From Chrysemys picta bellii (taxonomy: Eukaryota), in contig NW_027052824.1 of NCBI RefSeq assembly GCF_011386835.1, forward strand, positions 1 to 64,000: 64,000 bases of DNA. The letters run 5' to 3'. Each line of letters opens with the position of its first letter. Position 1 is the first letter of the stretch. The translations under genes were made by a program, and so were the position numbers. The notes beneath the pieces were generated by a model. It made no database searches, was not told the DNA's origin, and was given only the letters and a program-made list of their open reading frames with translations. This document shows, one piece after another, positions 22,732 to 34,819 of this stretch.

Positions 22732-23609
22732 AGAATGGCCGTTCTGGGTCGGACCAATGGTTCATCTAGTCCAGTATCCTGTCTTCTGACAAGGGACAAT
22801 GCCAGGTGCTTTAGAGGGAAAGAACAGAACAGGGCAAGTATCAAGGGTTCCCTCTCCTGTCGTCCGGTCCCAGCATCTGGCAGTCAGAAGCTAGGGACAT
22901 TCAGAGCATGAGATTGCATCCCTGAACATCTGGATAATAGCCATTGATGGACCTATCTTCCAGGAACTTATCTAGTTCTTTTTTGGACCCCATTATATTT
23001 TGGCCTTCACAACATCCCCTGGCAATGAGTTCCACAGACTGACTGTGTGTTGTGTAAAGAAATACTTCTTTTTGTTTGTTTTAAACCTGCTGCCTATTAA
23101 TTTCATTTGGTGCCCTCTAGTACTTGTGTTATGTGAAGGAGTAAAAAACACTTCTGTATTCATTTTCTCCACACCAGTCATGAGTTTATAGATCTCTATC
23201 ATATCCCCTCGTAGTTGTCTCTTTTCCAATCTGAAAACTCCCAGTCTTTTTCATTTCTCCTCATATGGAAGCTATTCCATACCCCTAATCATTGTTGTTG
23301 CCCTTTTCTGTACCTTTTCCATTTCTAATATATCTTTTTTGAGAACGGCAACCAGAACTGCATGCAGTATTCATGGTGTGGGATTTATACAGTGGCATTA
23401 TTATATTTAGTGTCTTATTATCAATCCCTTTCCTAATGGTTCCTAATATTTTACCTTTTTTGAGGGCTGCTGCACACTGAGCTGATGTTTTCAGAGAACT
23501 ACCCACGATGACACCAAGATCTCTTTCTTGAGTGGTATCAGCTAATTTAGACCTCATCATTTTGTATGTATAGTTGGGATTATATTCTCCAATGTGCTTC
23601 ACTGCTATC
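22729..23609 (-). mobile_element. CR1 LINE 3' portion (orthologous copy at about 33585-34170)
   Basis: [18 protein letters not shown]...[13 protein letters not shown]. It has the same 5' truncation point (MIAVKHI.EYNPNY...) as the 33726..34172 copy. Confidence 0.9.
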
Positions 23610-23729
23610 ATTTGAATCTTTTGAAAGCCTAGGAGGGGCTACTCATAACCTTGTACCCTCTGTAGTCCAAATTAGGCCCCCAGGCACCTGTGAGGCAGGC
23701 ATGGGGGAGGGACTGTAGACCAAACAAAA

Positions 23730-24110
23730 GATCCAGGTGTAGCAGTTGTTTGATTCCTTTACCACCGTGTTCTCACCCCCACCAGGGCACATCTACCTAA
23801 AATACCACCATACTGGGCAACCATACCTACCAGGGCAACAGATCAGGGAAACTCTGTGGCTGATCCCTCGTAAAATGTGGGATACCATGTGAGATGAACT
23901 CCAGGTCATTTTGGCCCTGGGAGTAGTGAAGGAAACCCACAGTAAGTAGAGAAGTCCCATTGTACTAGTGCTGATGCAGGACACCACAACCCGTTTCTGC
24001 ATCGATTTTTGAAAGATCAACGCAGTATTGAAATTTGATGCTTACCCGATGCAGAGAGTAGATGAACTATTAGAACGGTTGGAAGCTACCATATATATAT
24101 CCAACTCTGG
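23730..24110 (+). mobile_element. Gypsy reverse transcriptase fragment
   Basis: With in-frame stops: LGVVKETHSK*RSPIVLV...RFCIDF*KINAVLKFDAYPMQRVDELLERL. Confidence 0.88.
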
Positions 24111-24969
24111 ACACTGGGCACCTAACTCACATTTGTGCCTCTGAACGTCTCCCTCCACCCTCCCTATTGTAATTACAGCCTGTGCAGTTACTCTAGCAGT
24201 CCCGAGGCTTCAGGGCACATGCTGATCACTGACAGGGCTATGGAAGCTGGTCCTGCCCATCACACGATATTGTACTGGGGGGGGTTATGACTGAGCAGGG
24301 GCAATCAGTGCTGCCCTCTGTCAGAGAGAGGCTATCAGATGGGAGGGGCTATTACTCTGTGTTTGAAACAAGGATGTGCGAGAGCTTTTCCATTGCATGT
24401 TGCATTATCAGGGATTCAGCGCAGGGCTCGTCAGCTGGGAGGGGAGGAGAAGATGCTCAGATTCTATGACAATGGGCAGCAGCAGGGAAATGCTGATATA
24501 AAGGAATATGTCTAAAACTTGGCTGTTCCTTTTCTCTCCAGGGTTTCAGTAGTGCCGGACCACTCTATCGAATCTGTGAGACTCAGTTTGCCCTGACAAT
24601 CTGAGCCCCTATTATCAGGGAATCATTTCCTCACTCTTGGGGGAGACTCGCAGGCTGAAGTTCTCCAGCGTCTATTTTCTGCTCCCCCCACTGCTCACAG
24701 AGCCCAGGGAATTGTCTGGGAGTCCTGGCCAAACTAGGAGTCCGCAGGGACTGTACAGGGGAATCATAAAGGTCGCTGTCCAGCACGCCGAGTGTCAGAC
24801 ATGTGAAATTCATACGCTGCTTCTCACGGCTCTGCCTTCCTGTTGCAGTATGGAGATTTCCTCTCTGTGCGGAGTGGGATTTAGGTGAGTTGCCAGTTTC
24901 TGCAATAAAGTTACTGCTAAAGGCTCAGGAAGGGTTCCAGAGTTCAAATAAGAATCATCTGGGCAGGAA

Positions 24970-25600
24970 TTCACCAGCACAGCAAGATAACGAGATTAGT
25001 TCAATCAGGGAGGGTGAGGTGCTCTGCTAGCAGTTGAGGTGTGAACACCAAGGGAGGAGAAACTGCTTCTGTAGTTGGATAGCCATTCACAGTCTTTGTT
25101 TAATCCTGATCTGATGGTGTCAAATTTGCAAATGAACTGAAGCTCAGCAGTTTCTCTTTGGAGTCTGGTCCTGAAGTTTTTTTGCTGTAAGATGGCTACC
25201 TTTACATCTGCTATTGGGTGGCCAGGGAGGTTGAAGTGTTCTCCTACAGGGTTTTGTATATTGCCATTCCTGATATCTGACTTGTGTCCATTTATCCTCT
25301 TGCATAGTGACTGTCCAGTTTGGCCAATGTACATAGCAGAGGGGCATTGCTGGCATATGATGGCATATATAACATTGGTGGACGTGCAGGTGAATGAGCC
25401 GGTGATGTTGTAGCTGATCTGGTTAGGTCCAGTGATGGTGTTGCTGGTATAGATATGTGGGCAGAGTTGGCATCGAGGTTTGTTGCATGGGTTGGTTCCT
25501 GAGTTAGAGTTGTTATGGTGCGGTGCGTGGTTGCTGGTGAGAATATGCTTAAGGTTGGCAGGTTGTCTGTGGGCGAGGACTGGCCTGCCTCCCAAGGTCT
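24970..25600 (-). mobile_element. Penelope-like element, GIY-YIG endonuclease fragment
   Basis: ORF 25005..25595: CNKPRCQLCPH, VIYAIICQQCPSAMYIGQTGQSL and PVGEHFNLPGH. Confidence 0.93.
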
Positions 25601-25929
25601 GTCACTTTCTAATGTGCTGCCATACATAAAAATGTTGTGTTGTTTTCAGGTAGAGTCATTGACGCTGGCTCCTTTTAGTCTCCACGTCCTCTTTCCCTCG
25701 CCCTGAGTCTCTCTGTCCTTCCCTGCACAGCCCGAGCTGCTCCTGGTGTTCCCCTTATCCACAGAGACAGTTCAGGCTGATCTCCCCCATTTCCCCAGTG
25801 CAGGCAGACACTGAGTTTAACATAGCCTGTGGAGGTATTTCTGTGAGCTGTTGCTGTGGGGTCTGGCACCAGGATTTGGTCCTCAGTGAGGGGTATCACG
25901 GTGTGGCAGGACTGGAAGTTGTAAGGGTG

Positions 25930-26165
25930 GAGGACATACATGGACAGGTGGGCAGCACTTGGGGTTGTGGGGCAGGCAGGGGGCTGTACACAGACAGGCG
26001 GGTAGCACTGAAGGTTAGTGGGCTGGAGAGAGGGGTGTACATGTACAGGTGCGCAGTTCTGGGGGTTGTGGGGAAAGACGGGGTGTATATGGACAGGCGG
26101 GCAGCGCTAGTGGTTGTGGTGGCATAAAGCGGCATGTACACGGACAGGCAGGCAGCGCTGCTGAA
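25930..26165. repeat. Degenerate G-rich minisatellite (about 60-bp unit); larger orthologous array at about 44940-45360
   Basis: Recurring GGTGTAC(A/G)TGGACAGGCGGGCAGCGCT...GTTGTGGG units. Confidence 0.75.
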
Positions 26166-27399
26166 ATTGATTTTTTCTTTGTGATTGTTGGTCCAAGGCC
26201 AGTGCTGGGACCTTTCCTGGCCCCAAGTGCATTTGGGGCAGCTCAGGGTCTCTGCCCTGGAAAGCCGCAGAACTGCAGCCTGGGTGTTTTCAATTGTTGT
26301 TGAATGCTAATTACATAACTTCAGGCATTTCACTGGTGGAAAGTACCATTGATCTTTGCTCCTTATCTGGTCCTATCTCCCATCATATTCTGACCCCTTG
26401 TCCATACTCTCCTTCCCTATCCCAGGCTGCCCCGATTCCAACAGCACACTGGTCACCAGAGTCTTCTCCATGCTCCCCAGTCACCCCTGGCTCCCACAAC
26501 CGCCGAGCTGCCCCGTGTTCCCCACAGCTCGTCCTCTGAAGGGGTTGAGGTGTCTCCCATCACATCTGCTCCCTTGGTGGGGGGGAGATCAGTGACTGTG
26601 TCTCACCTGTGAGAAATCTCACAGAGGGAGGCAAATGCCAGGACACCTGTGCTGCTGTTCTTGTTACACCCAAACACACCGTGTGCAGCTTCAGGGACTG
26701 CTACACAGGAATAACTAGCAAGCTGAGAAGTTTGCACATTGTATAATGAGAGCGGGCAACTCTGGGACATGTGAGGGCCTAGGTAAATACAGCTACCATG
26801 TGCACTAGCTGCCAACAGCTGTCTGAAACAGTGGGCCACTGGGACACAGACGTTAAACCCAGGATGCTCTGTGACCATTTTCTAGCCAGCTCTGTTAGCC
26901 ATTCACGGTGACGCTTGTACGTTCATTCCTCAGTGCAGAGATTTCATGGGGTCAAGTCATTATTTTTCTCACCTAAAACGTTCATCCATGCAGTGCCTCA
27001 TGGCATCCCTCAGCCCCGTGAAATACACATCTAGTGTAACATTTCCAAGGTGCCACAGTCAAATAAGAATTTCTCCCCATAGGGCTAAATTCAACATGGT
27101 CATGAATAGAAAAAATGCCTTCAGTAAGCTCGGGCACTCCTGGGGACATGTTCATAGATTCAAAGGCCAGAAGGTACCACTGTGATCGTCTAGTTTGTAT
27201 AACACAGGCCTGAGAATTTCTCCAAAATTATTTATAGAGCAGAACTTTTAGAGAAACATCCAACCTTGATATAAAAATTCTCAGTGATGAAGAATCTGCC
27301 AAGACCCTTGGTAAATTGTCCCGATGTTTAATTACTTTCACCATTTAAATAATATATGGACCCGGAGAGGGAGGAACCTGTATCCCTAAATACCAAAAC

Positions 27400-28500
27400 C
27401 CTTGTGCCCCTAGTGTCCATTCTGTTGAGCACAAAGTCATAACCGAGCAGGATAATGTCTGTTTCCATGAGGGATACCTGGGTCTTTTCCAATATAGGAA
27501 TTGCATCGTGGATCAGACCTATGCTCCATCTAGTCCAGTGTCCTCTCTCTGACAGTGACAGTCCTAGGTGCTGCAGTAGGTGTAAGAAACCCAGCAGTGG
27601 GTGGATGCGGGGGGATGCCCTGACCATCATGAGTGTGTCACCCTAATGCCTAACAGCTAGAGATTGTTCTGTGCCCTGAAAAACATGGGTGTATAGGCTT
27701 TCAAAAATATTTATTTAGCTGTAAGTATTATAACTGGATAGTCTCACTATCAATGTAAATGTCCAAACCTTACTGATTCTTGCTTAGCTCATGGCCTCAA
27801 TTATCTCTTGTGGTAATGAGTTCTTCAGTCTAATTAGGCATTGAGTGAAGAAAGTATTCTTTTTTTAATCTGTTTTGAATTTACGACATTTCAGTTTAAT
27901 TGAATGTCCTCTTGATCTTGTGTTCTGAGACAGGCAGAATACATTCCCGATCTACTCTCTACAAGTAATTTATAGACTGTTCTCATACCGGCTCCAATTC
28001 CTCCCTTTTGTAAGGTAACAATCCCTGTCTCCATATGAGAATTTTCCCAGGCCCTTGATCATTCCCTGAACTCCTCTAGTTCTGCAATGTCCTGTGTGAG
28101 AAGGGTGCCCAGTACTACACAGAGGAGTCCAGAGAAGGGTAAAGCATTGACTGACAGATCTCATGGCATTGCATTTTCTGTGATTCCCCATCCAACTCCT
28201 TCTGGATCCCAATGTTTTGCTTAGTTTCTGCTTGCACTGTGAGTAGGGTTTCATAGAGCTCTGTACCATGACACCCAGGTCTGTGTCTGGAGTTCATACA
28301 GTTAAATTAGAACCTTGTAATATGTTTGAGAAGTTCAAGTTTTTCCCTCCAATCGGCATACACGTTGCAGTTATTCACATTAAAGTTCATCTGCCATCAT
28401 GCTGCCCATTCACCTGGCTTGGTTAGTTCCCTCAGAGGACTTCTCTGGACTTGACTATCACCTACATAATCTGGCGCCATCTGTAAATGTTGCCAATTGC
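27400..28500 (-). mobile_element. Old CR1-like LINE immediately upstream of the OR coding exon (orthologues at about 39250-40380 and 45590-46340)
   Basis: Degenerate CR1 RT C-terminal peptide (ORF 27970..28269, RGVQGMIKGLGKFSY). The same sequence sits at the same position in all three units. Confidence 0.65.
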
Positions 28501-28645
28501 TGCTCAGCCCCTTTCTAGATTGTTAATAACTATAAAATATTTACTGTACTATTTGTTATAAAATGTGTAGCCCCAGTTGCTGTGCTTTTCTCCCGTCACA
28601 GGCACCTTGAGCATTGCTGAGCCTGATCGACGCATCAACCACCTC

Positions 28646-29680
28646 ATGGCATCTTTCAACTTCACCCCCTCTGACCCTTCAGCATTTACCCTAATGGGCA
28701 TCCCTGGCCTGGAAGATGTGCATATGTGGATTTCCATCCCTTTCTCTACATTCTACATTATCGGCCTTTTGGGAAATTTCATGGTTCTGTTTGTTGTAGG
28801 CAAAGAGCAGACCCTGCACAAGCCGATGTACCTGCTGCTCTGCATGCTGGCACTCACAGATATCGGCATATCTACCTCTGTCGTGCCGAAGGCACTGTGT
28901 ATATTTTGGTTCAATTTGAAAGGAATTACTATGCATGGCTGCCTCACCCAGACATTCTTCCTTCATGCAGTTTCTGTTATGCACTCAGCCGTCCTTGTGA
29001 CAATGGCCTTCGATCGCTATGTTGCCATATGTAACCCTCTGAGATACACCACCATCCTCAGCAACGCACGAATAGCTAAGCTAGGGCTAGTGGGTTTGAT
29101 AAGAGCTGTTCTCTTCATTCTGCCCATGCCCCTGCTCCTGAGCAGGCAGCCATTCTGTGCCAATCGCATTATCCCCCATACGTACTGCGAGCACATGGCT
29201 GTGGCGAAGGTGTCGTGTGGGGATATCACAGTCAACAGGACATACGGCTTGGTGATGGCATTTGTTGTCATCGGGTTAGATCTGATGCTTGTTGCCCTGT
29301 CCTATGGTCTGATCATCAGGGCCGTCCTCAGAATCTCCTCCAAGAAGGCTCACCCGAAAGCCCTCAACACCTGCACAACCCACATATGTGTGATGCTGAC
29401 ATCTTGTATTCTTTTCCTCTTCTCCACTCTGACACACCGGTTTGGTCAGGGCATCGCTCCCCATGTTCACATCATCTTGGCCGACCTCTTCTTCCTCATC
29501 CCTCCCATGCTCAACCCTATCATTTATGGGGTCAAAACCAAAGAGCTTCGTGAGAAAGTGGGCAAATACACCTGCAAATGTGATCACCGGGAGCCACTGA
29601 CTTTAAACCTATGTGACAAAATGGGGAAAGGATGCCGCCTCATTAATCAAGTGTGCTCTGTCCCAGTTTGTCTGAGCTGA
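28646..29680 (+). CDS. Class I olfactory receptor, family 52-like (344 aa, extended C-terminus)
   Basis: LHKPMY, MAFDRYVAICNPLRY, HTYCEH, KALNTCTTH and PPMLNPIIYGVKTKELR. A splice acceptor CTTTTCTCCCGTCACAG ends at 28601. Confidence 0.93.
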   Translation: MASFNFTPSDPSAFTLMGIPGLEDVHMWISIPFSTFYIIGLLGNFMVLFVVGKEQTLHKPMYLLLCMLALTDIGISTSVVPKALCIFWFNLKGITMHGCLTQTFFLHAVSVMHSAVLVTMAFDRYVAICNPLRYTTILSNARIAKLGLVGLIRAVLFILPMPLLLSRQPFCANRIIPHTYCEHMAVAKVSCGDITVNRTYGLVMAFVVIGLDLMLVALSYGLIIRAVLRISSKKAHPKALNTCTTHICVMLTSCILFLFSTLTHRFGQGIAPHVHIILADLFFLIPPMLNPIIYGVKTKELREKVGKYTCKCDHREPLTLNLCDKMGKGCRLINQVCSVPVCLS

Positions 29681-29758
29681 GAATTGCGGAAGTTCACAGT
29701 ATGAGAAGTTCCTTACATCTAATGGCTTATCACTTCATCACCAAACAGTGCTCTCTCC

Positions 29759-30516
29759 TGTAGAGGGCTTTCCCTTCACCCATCCCCTGGTTCTTGTCAT
29801 GCAGAAAGCAGAAGCCCAGAAGTCCAAAGTGCAGGCAATGTGATGTTTATTGGGGTTAGTTCCAAGCAAGCATATCCATAGCTCTACACGCTGGTAGAGT
29901 CCATTACCTAGAGTTTTCTTCGTAGCTCTGATGCCACAGAGCCTTTACCCCGTGTTCCCCTTCCCAGCTCTGACACCGCAGAGCCTTGCCTGTGTCCCCA
30001 TTCCCATTTTTCCACCTCCTCCTCCTTTGCAGGCCCAAATATACCTGCCGTGCACACCCCTAATCCCATCCCTTACAACTTACGGTCATGTTCTGTTTTG
30101 GAGGGTCATGAATTTGGGGTCTTCATCCAACTCCTTTTGTACCCCCTTGGGGGGGTAAGGAGGGAGGTTGAGTTCTGGCCAAGGCCAGTCTTTTCTTTGG
30201 CTTTTAGTGTTTTTTATGCCTTCCCCCCTCAATCTCCCTTGCCCTTCCTGACGGGTTGTTTGACCTTGGCTTGAGAAAGGAGCCAGGCAGCCTTTCAGTG
30301 TATGTTCAGATATTACACTCCCACCATACCCTGTAACATTTTTAGTTCTATCTCTTATCTCTTCCCATTGTACTAACAAACCCATCTGGCCAGGCAGAAG
30401 CAACACACACAGTGTCTTTGTCCTTTGTTCACACATATTAGTGTAAGATATAAAAGTATCAAAGCGTCAAACCCAAAGTTCTATCTCTGGCTGACAAGCA
30501 AGCCTATATAGCAATA
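29759..30516 (-). mobile_element. Solo LTR (758 bp) in the 3' flank of the 28646 OR
   Basis: TGTAGA...CAATA termini with a 5-bp TSD TCTCC. It is absent at the matching positions in the other two units. AATAAA lies on the minus strand at about 29845. Confidence 0.8.
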
Positions 30517-30964
30517 TCTCCGATGCTGAGTTCCCTCTCTCTGACCCTGACCTCTTTCATTGTCACCCATCAGCCCCCAGCCCCACACATCCTGTCACCT
30601 CAGCCTTTTCATAACTCCTAGACAACCAGAAAGTACTGGAGCTTCCTGATGCAAAGTGGCTTTCCATTAGTCCTGTGAAAACAGGGATCTTGATCAGTTT
30701 GACGAACAGAAGCTACACATTCAGATAGCCAAAGAGAAAAGAAAGAAACTCTACAAGGATGAACTTATTTATCACATATACAGTGATCCAGTAGCAAAAT
30801 GTATCTGTTTTTTTTTTTTTTACATCCAATCCTTCAGGAAACCTGGAGGATAAACCAAATAAAGCCTAACAGTAACAAAATCATTCAACACAAAATGTGG
30901 ACATTGACTACCATCATTGAATGCAATTAGAAATAAATACTATAATAATGTTATTGGGGTTTTT

Positions 30965-32650
30965 TGGATGGCAGGAGAGAGATCACTTGATCATTGCCTG
31001 TTAGAATCACTCCCTCTGGGGCACCTGGCATTGGCCACTGTTGGTAGACAGGATACTGGGCTAGATGGACTTTTGGTCTGACCCAATACGGCCGTTCTTA
31101 TGTTCTTATGTTCTTATGGGGTGGCACAAACCAACTGCACCAACAGGGAGCCAGGGATGAGCTACAGCAGGCCCTGTCGGATGGGCCAGTATAGTGGATG
31201 CCGGCCGTGCCACTATTAATAGTGACCATAACATAATAAACTGTAACATCCTGGATGGGGGTAGAGGGGGAACACCACACCAGCCCACCACGGTAGCATT
31301 CAATTTCAGAAAGGGGAACTACACAAAAATGAGGAGGTTAGTTAAACAGAAATTAAAAGGTACGGGGCCAAAAGTGAAATCCCTGCAAGCTGCATGGAAA
31401 CTTTTTAAAGGGACCCTAATAGAGGCTCAATTTAAATGTATACCCAAATTAAAAAAAAACATAGTAAAAGGACCAAAAAAGTACCACCGTGGCTAAACAA
31501 CAAAGTAAAAGCAGCAATTAGAGGCAAAAAGGCATCCTTTAAAAAGTGGAAGTTAAATTCCGTTGAGGACAATAGAAAGGAGCATCAACTCTGGCAAATG
31601 AAGGGTAGAAATAGAATTAGGAAGGTGAATTTTTTTTGAAGAACTAGCTTAAGACTCAAAAAGTAACAGCAATTTTGTTAAGTACATCAGAAAAAGGAAG
31701 ACCACTAAACAACTACTGAAGCCACATGGGTGATCGAGATGATGAAGGAGCACTCAAGGATGATAAGGCCATTGTGGCAAGACTAAATTAATTCTTTGCA
31801 TCAGTCTTCACAACTGAGTATGTGAATTAGCTGTTATTACTCAAGATAGACATCTTGGAATCATTGTGAATAGTTCTCTGAAAACAACCACTCAGTGTGC
31901 AGTAGCAGTCAAAAAACCTAACAGAATGCTGGGAATCATCAGGAAAAGGATAAATAATAAGAGAGAAAATATCATATTGCCTCTATGTAAATCCATAGTA
32001 TGCTCACATCTTGAATACTGAAGCAGATCTGATCACCCCATCTAAAAAAAAAAAATTGGAATTGGGAAGAGTTATAGAAAAGGGCAGGAAAAAAATATTA
32101 GAAGTATGGAACAGCTTCCCTATGATGAGAGATTAATAAGGCTGGGACTTTTCAGCTTAGAAAAGAGATGACTAAGGGGAGATATGATAGAGGTCTATAA
32201 AATCATGACTGGTGTGGAGAAGGTAAATAAGGAAGTGTTAATTACTCTTTATCATAATACAAAAACTAGGGGTGGCCCAATGCAATTAATAGGCAGCAGG
32301 TTTAAAATGAACAAAATGAAGTATTTCTTCACACAACACACAGTCTTGCCAGAGGATGTTGTGAAGGCCAAGACTTTAAAAGGTTTGAAAAAGAACTAGG
32401 TAAATTCATGGAGGATAGGTCCATCGGTGGCTATTAGACAGGATGGGCAGGGGTGCAAAACCATGCTCTGAAGTGACCCTAGCCTCTGTTTGCCAGAAAC
32501 TAGGAAGGGGCAAAAGGGGATAGATCACTGGATGATTCCCTGTTCTGTTCATTCCCTCTGAAGCACCTCGTATTGGCCACTGTCAGAGGACAGGATACTG
32601 GGCTAGAGGGACCATTGATCCGACCCAGGATGGCCATTCTAATGTTCTTA
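30965..32650 (+). mobile_element. CR1 LINE pieces (3' tail ending at about 31118, then an internally deleted ORF2 with 3' tail ending at about 32650)
   Basis: (TTCTTATG)3 tail, SDHNII...FNFRKGNYTKMR endonuclease-adjacent peptide, and [17 protein letters not shown]-terminus. Confidence 0.88.
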
Positions 32651-33120
32651 TAAAAAGCAAAAATTTTAAGGGTTCCTTTGTCAGAGGTTTTCCTTACCCC
32701 TCTGGAGTCATGACATGATGGGAAGGTATTTCATGAGCCTGATCCTGTGGTGAATATTTAGCTAACGCATATCACTGTATGGTTGCTAGCATATAACACA
32801 TAAGTGCATATCTACTTGTAATTGTATTTTGGATGTAATCAACATCATGTTCCATTTAGACTAATAAAGGAATTCTTGTGTGGAAACTTAGTTGTGCTAA
32901 ACCTTAATAAACTTATTAGGGAACTTATTTCCAATATCTGGTCTTTCTGGTCATATTGTGGAGGGACTGGAACCACTTTGGTGAAGTGCAGACCTTGATG
33001 TTACACATAAAGAAACACCACAGGCACGGTTTGGTGACAAAGGCACCCAGCCAGGTTTATTGCCATCTAGGCATAGTTCTAGCACCCTGGCTATGAGCTA
33101 AATGAACAAATGAGGTTATG

Positions 33121-33243
33121 ATATTCCTCTCCCAGGTGCTAATACCCCCCAAAATCTTTATTGATCAAGGACCTAACTTCACTTTACAAATAATGAAAGA
33201 ACTCTGTGATCTACTGAGGGTAACAACATTAAGAACAGATGGG
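33121..33243 (+). mobile_element. Gypsy integrase core fragment
   Basis: Translates IFLSQVLIPPKIFIDQGPNFTLQIMKELCDLLRVTTLRTDG (rve TDQGxNF-like motif). Confidence 0.75.
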
Positions 33244-34218
33244 CAGTGGAATAGTTTTTCCTAATATCCAACCTAGACCTCCCCCACTGCAACTTGAGAC
33301 CATTGCTTCTTGTTCTGTCATCTGCTACCACTGAGAACAGCCGAGCTCCATCCTCTTTAGAACCCCCCCTTCAGGTAGTTGAAGTCTGCTATCAAATCTC
33401 CTCTTTCTCTTGTTTTCTTCACACCAAATAAGCCCAGTTCCCTCAGCCTCTCCTCATAAGTCACGTGCCCCAGCCCCCTAATCATTTTCATTGCCACTGG
33501 ACTCTCTCCAATTTGTCCACATCCTTTCTGTAGTGGGGGCCCCAAAACTGGACGCAATACTCGATATGTGGGCTCACCAGTGCAACATGCCCTGGCAATG
33601 AGTTCCACAGGTTGACTGTGTGATGTGTGTAGTACTTCCTTTTCTTTCTTTTAACCTGCTGCCTATTCATTTCCCCTGGTTCTTTTGTCATGTGAAGGAG
33701 TAAACAAAGCTTCCGTATTCACTTTCTACACACCAGTCACAATTTTATAGATCTCTATAATATCCCCTCTTAGTTGTCTCTTTTCTAAGCTGAAAAGTCC
33801 CAATCTTTTTAATCTCTCCTCACATGGAAGCTGTTCCATACCCATAATTATTTTTGTTGCCCTTCTCTGGACCCTTTCCATTTCTAATAGATCTTTTTTT
33901 GAGATGAGGTGACCAGAACTGCATGCAGTATTCATGGTGTGGTATTTATATAGTGGCATTATTATATTTTCTGTCTTCTTATGCATCCCTTTCCTAATGG
34001 TTCCTAACATTCTGTTAACTTTTTTGACTGTGGCATATTGAGCAGATGTTTTCAGAGAACTCTCTGTGATGACCACAAGATCTCTTTCTTGAGTGGTAAC
34101 AGCTAATTTAGACCTCATCATTTTGTATGTATAGTTGGGATTATATTCTCTAATGTGCTTCACTGCTATCATTTGAATCTTTTAAAAGCCTAGGAGGGGA
34201 TCCTCCTCATGACCTCAT

Positions 34219-34790
34219 TGTGACACTTTGCCTCATATTCTTCATAGTGTATCATTATGATGTAATTATGACATAATTATCATACATTTTGAACAAGATA
34301 TGTCTTGTCAAGTGTCATAGGAAAGGTTATGATTTGCTGAAAAGGACTATCCTATTTGTGTGCATGTACCATTCTTGTATGTGAAGTTATGAATATTGAC
34401 TATGTATCTCTATTTCAAATGTAGTTACACCTGGATGACACCCACTAGGCAAAATGCTTCCTTTCTAGACAATGGGTTGTGAAGGACCTATTCAGGGTAA
34501 TCGGCAATTAGGGGAAACAATAGGCCTTAGGAGAAGCTTATCCCCCACCTGGCGACCCGTCCTAAGAACGCTCCAGACAGCCTATGGATAATCACTTCTA
34601 TGACTCAGCAGGACATGCAAAGGAATGTGACCAGACCACATGATACTGAACGCCATTTTGCTTACTTGTAGTGGACTGGGAACTGGTTTTGGAACAACGG
34701 ATTCCCACTATATGTTAATTCTATATAAGGTGGGGTGAGACATCATCTAGTGGCCTCCCTCCCCACACAAGAGAACTCCTGGAAACATCT
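34219..34790 (+). mobile_element. LTR fragment (same family as about 63600-63940 on the minus strand)
   Basis: Starts TGTGACAC. Its 5' part aligns to the reverse complement of 63780-63940, and it is absent from unit A at the matching site. Confidence 0.65.
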
Positions 34791-34819
34791 GCAAGCATGC
34801 GGGAGAGATGGTAGCCCGA

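Noticed and set aside
25930-26165. Repeat-spacer-like pattern resembling a CRISPR array
   Set aside because: Units are degenerate and the spacers are similar to one another. The context is vertebrate with no cas genes, so it is an ordinary minisatellite.
29669-29680. Possible prenylation (CaaX) signal at the end of the extended OR
   Set aside because: The terminus is VCLS, with cysteine at position -3 rather than -4, so it is not a CaaX box.
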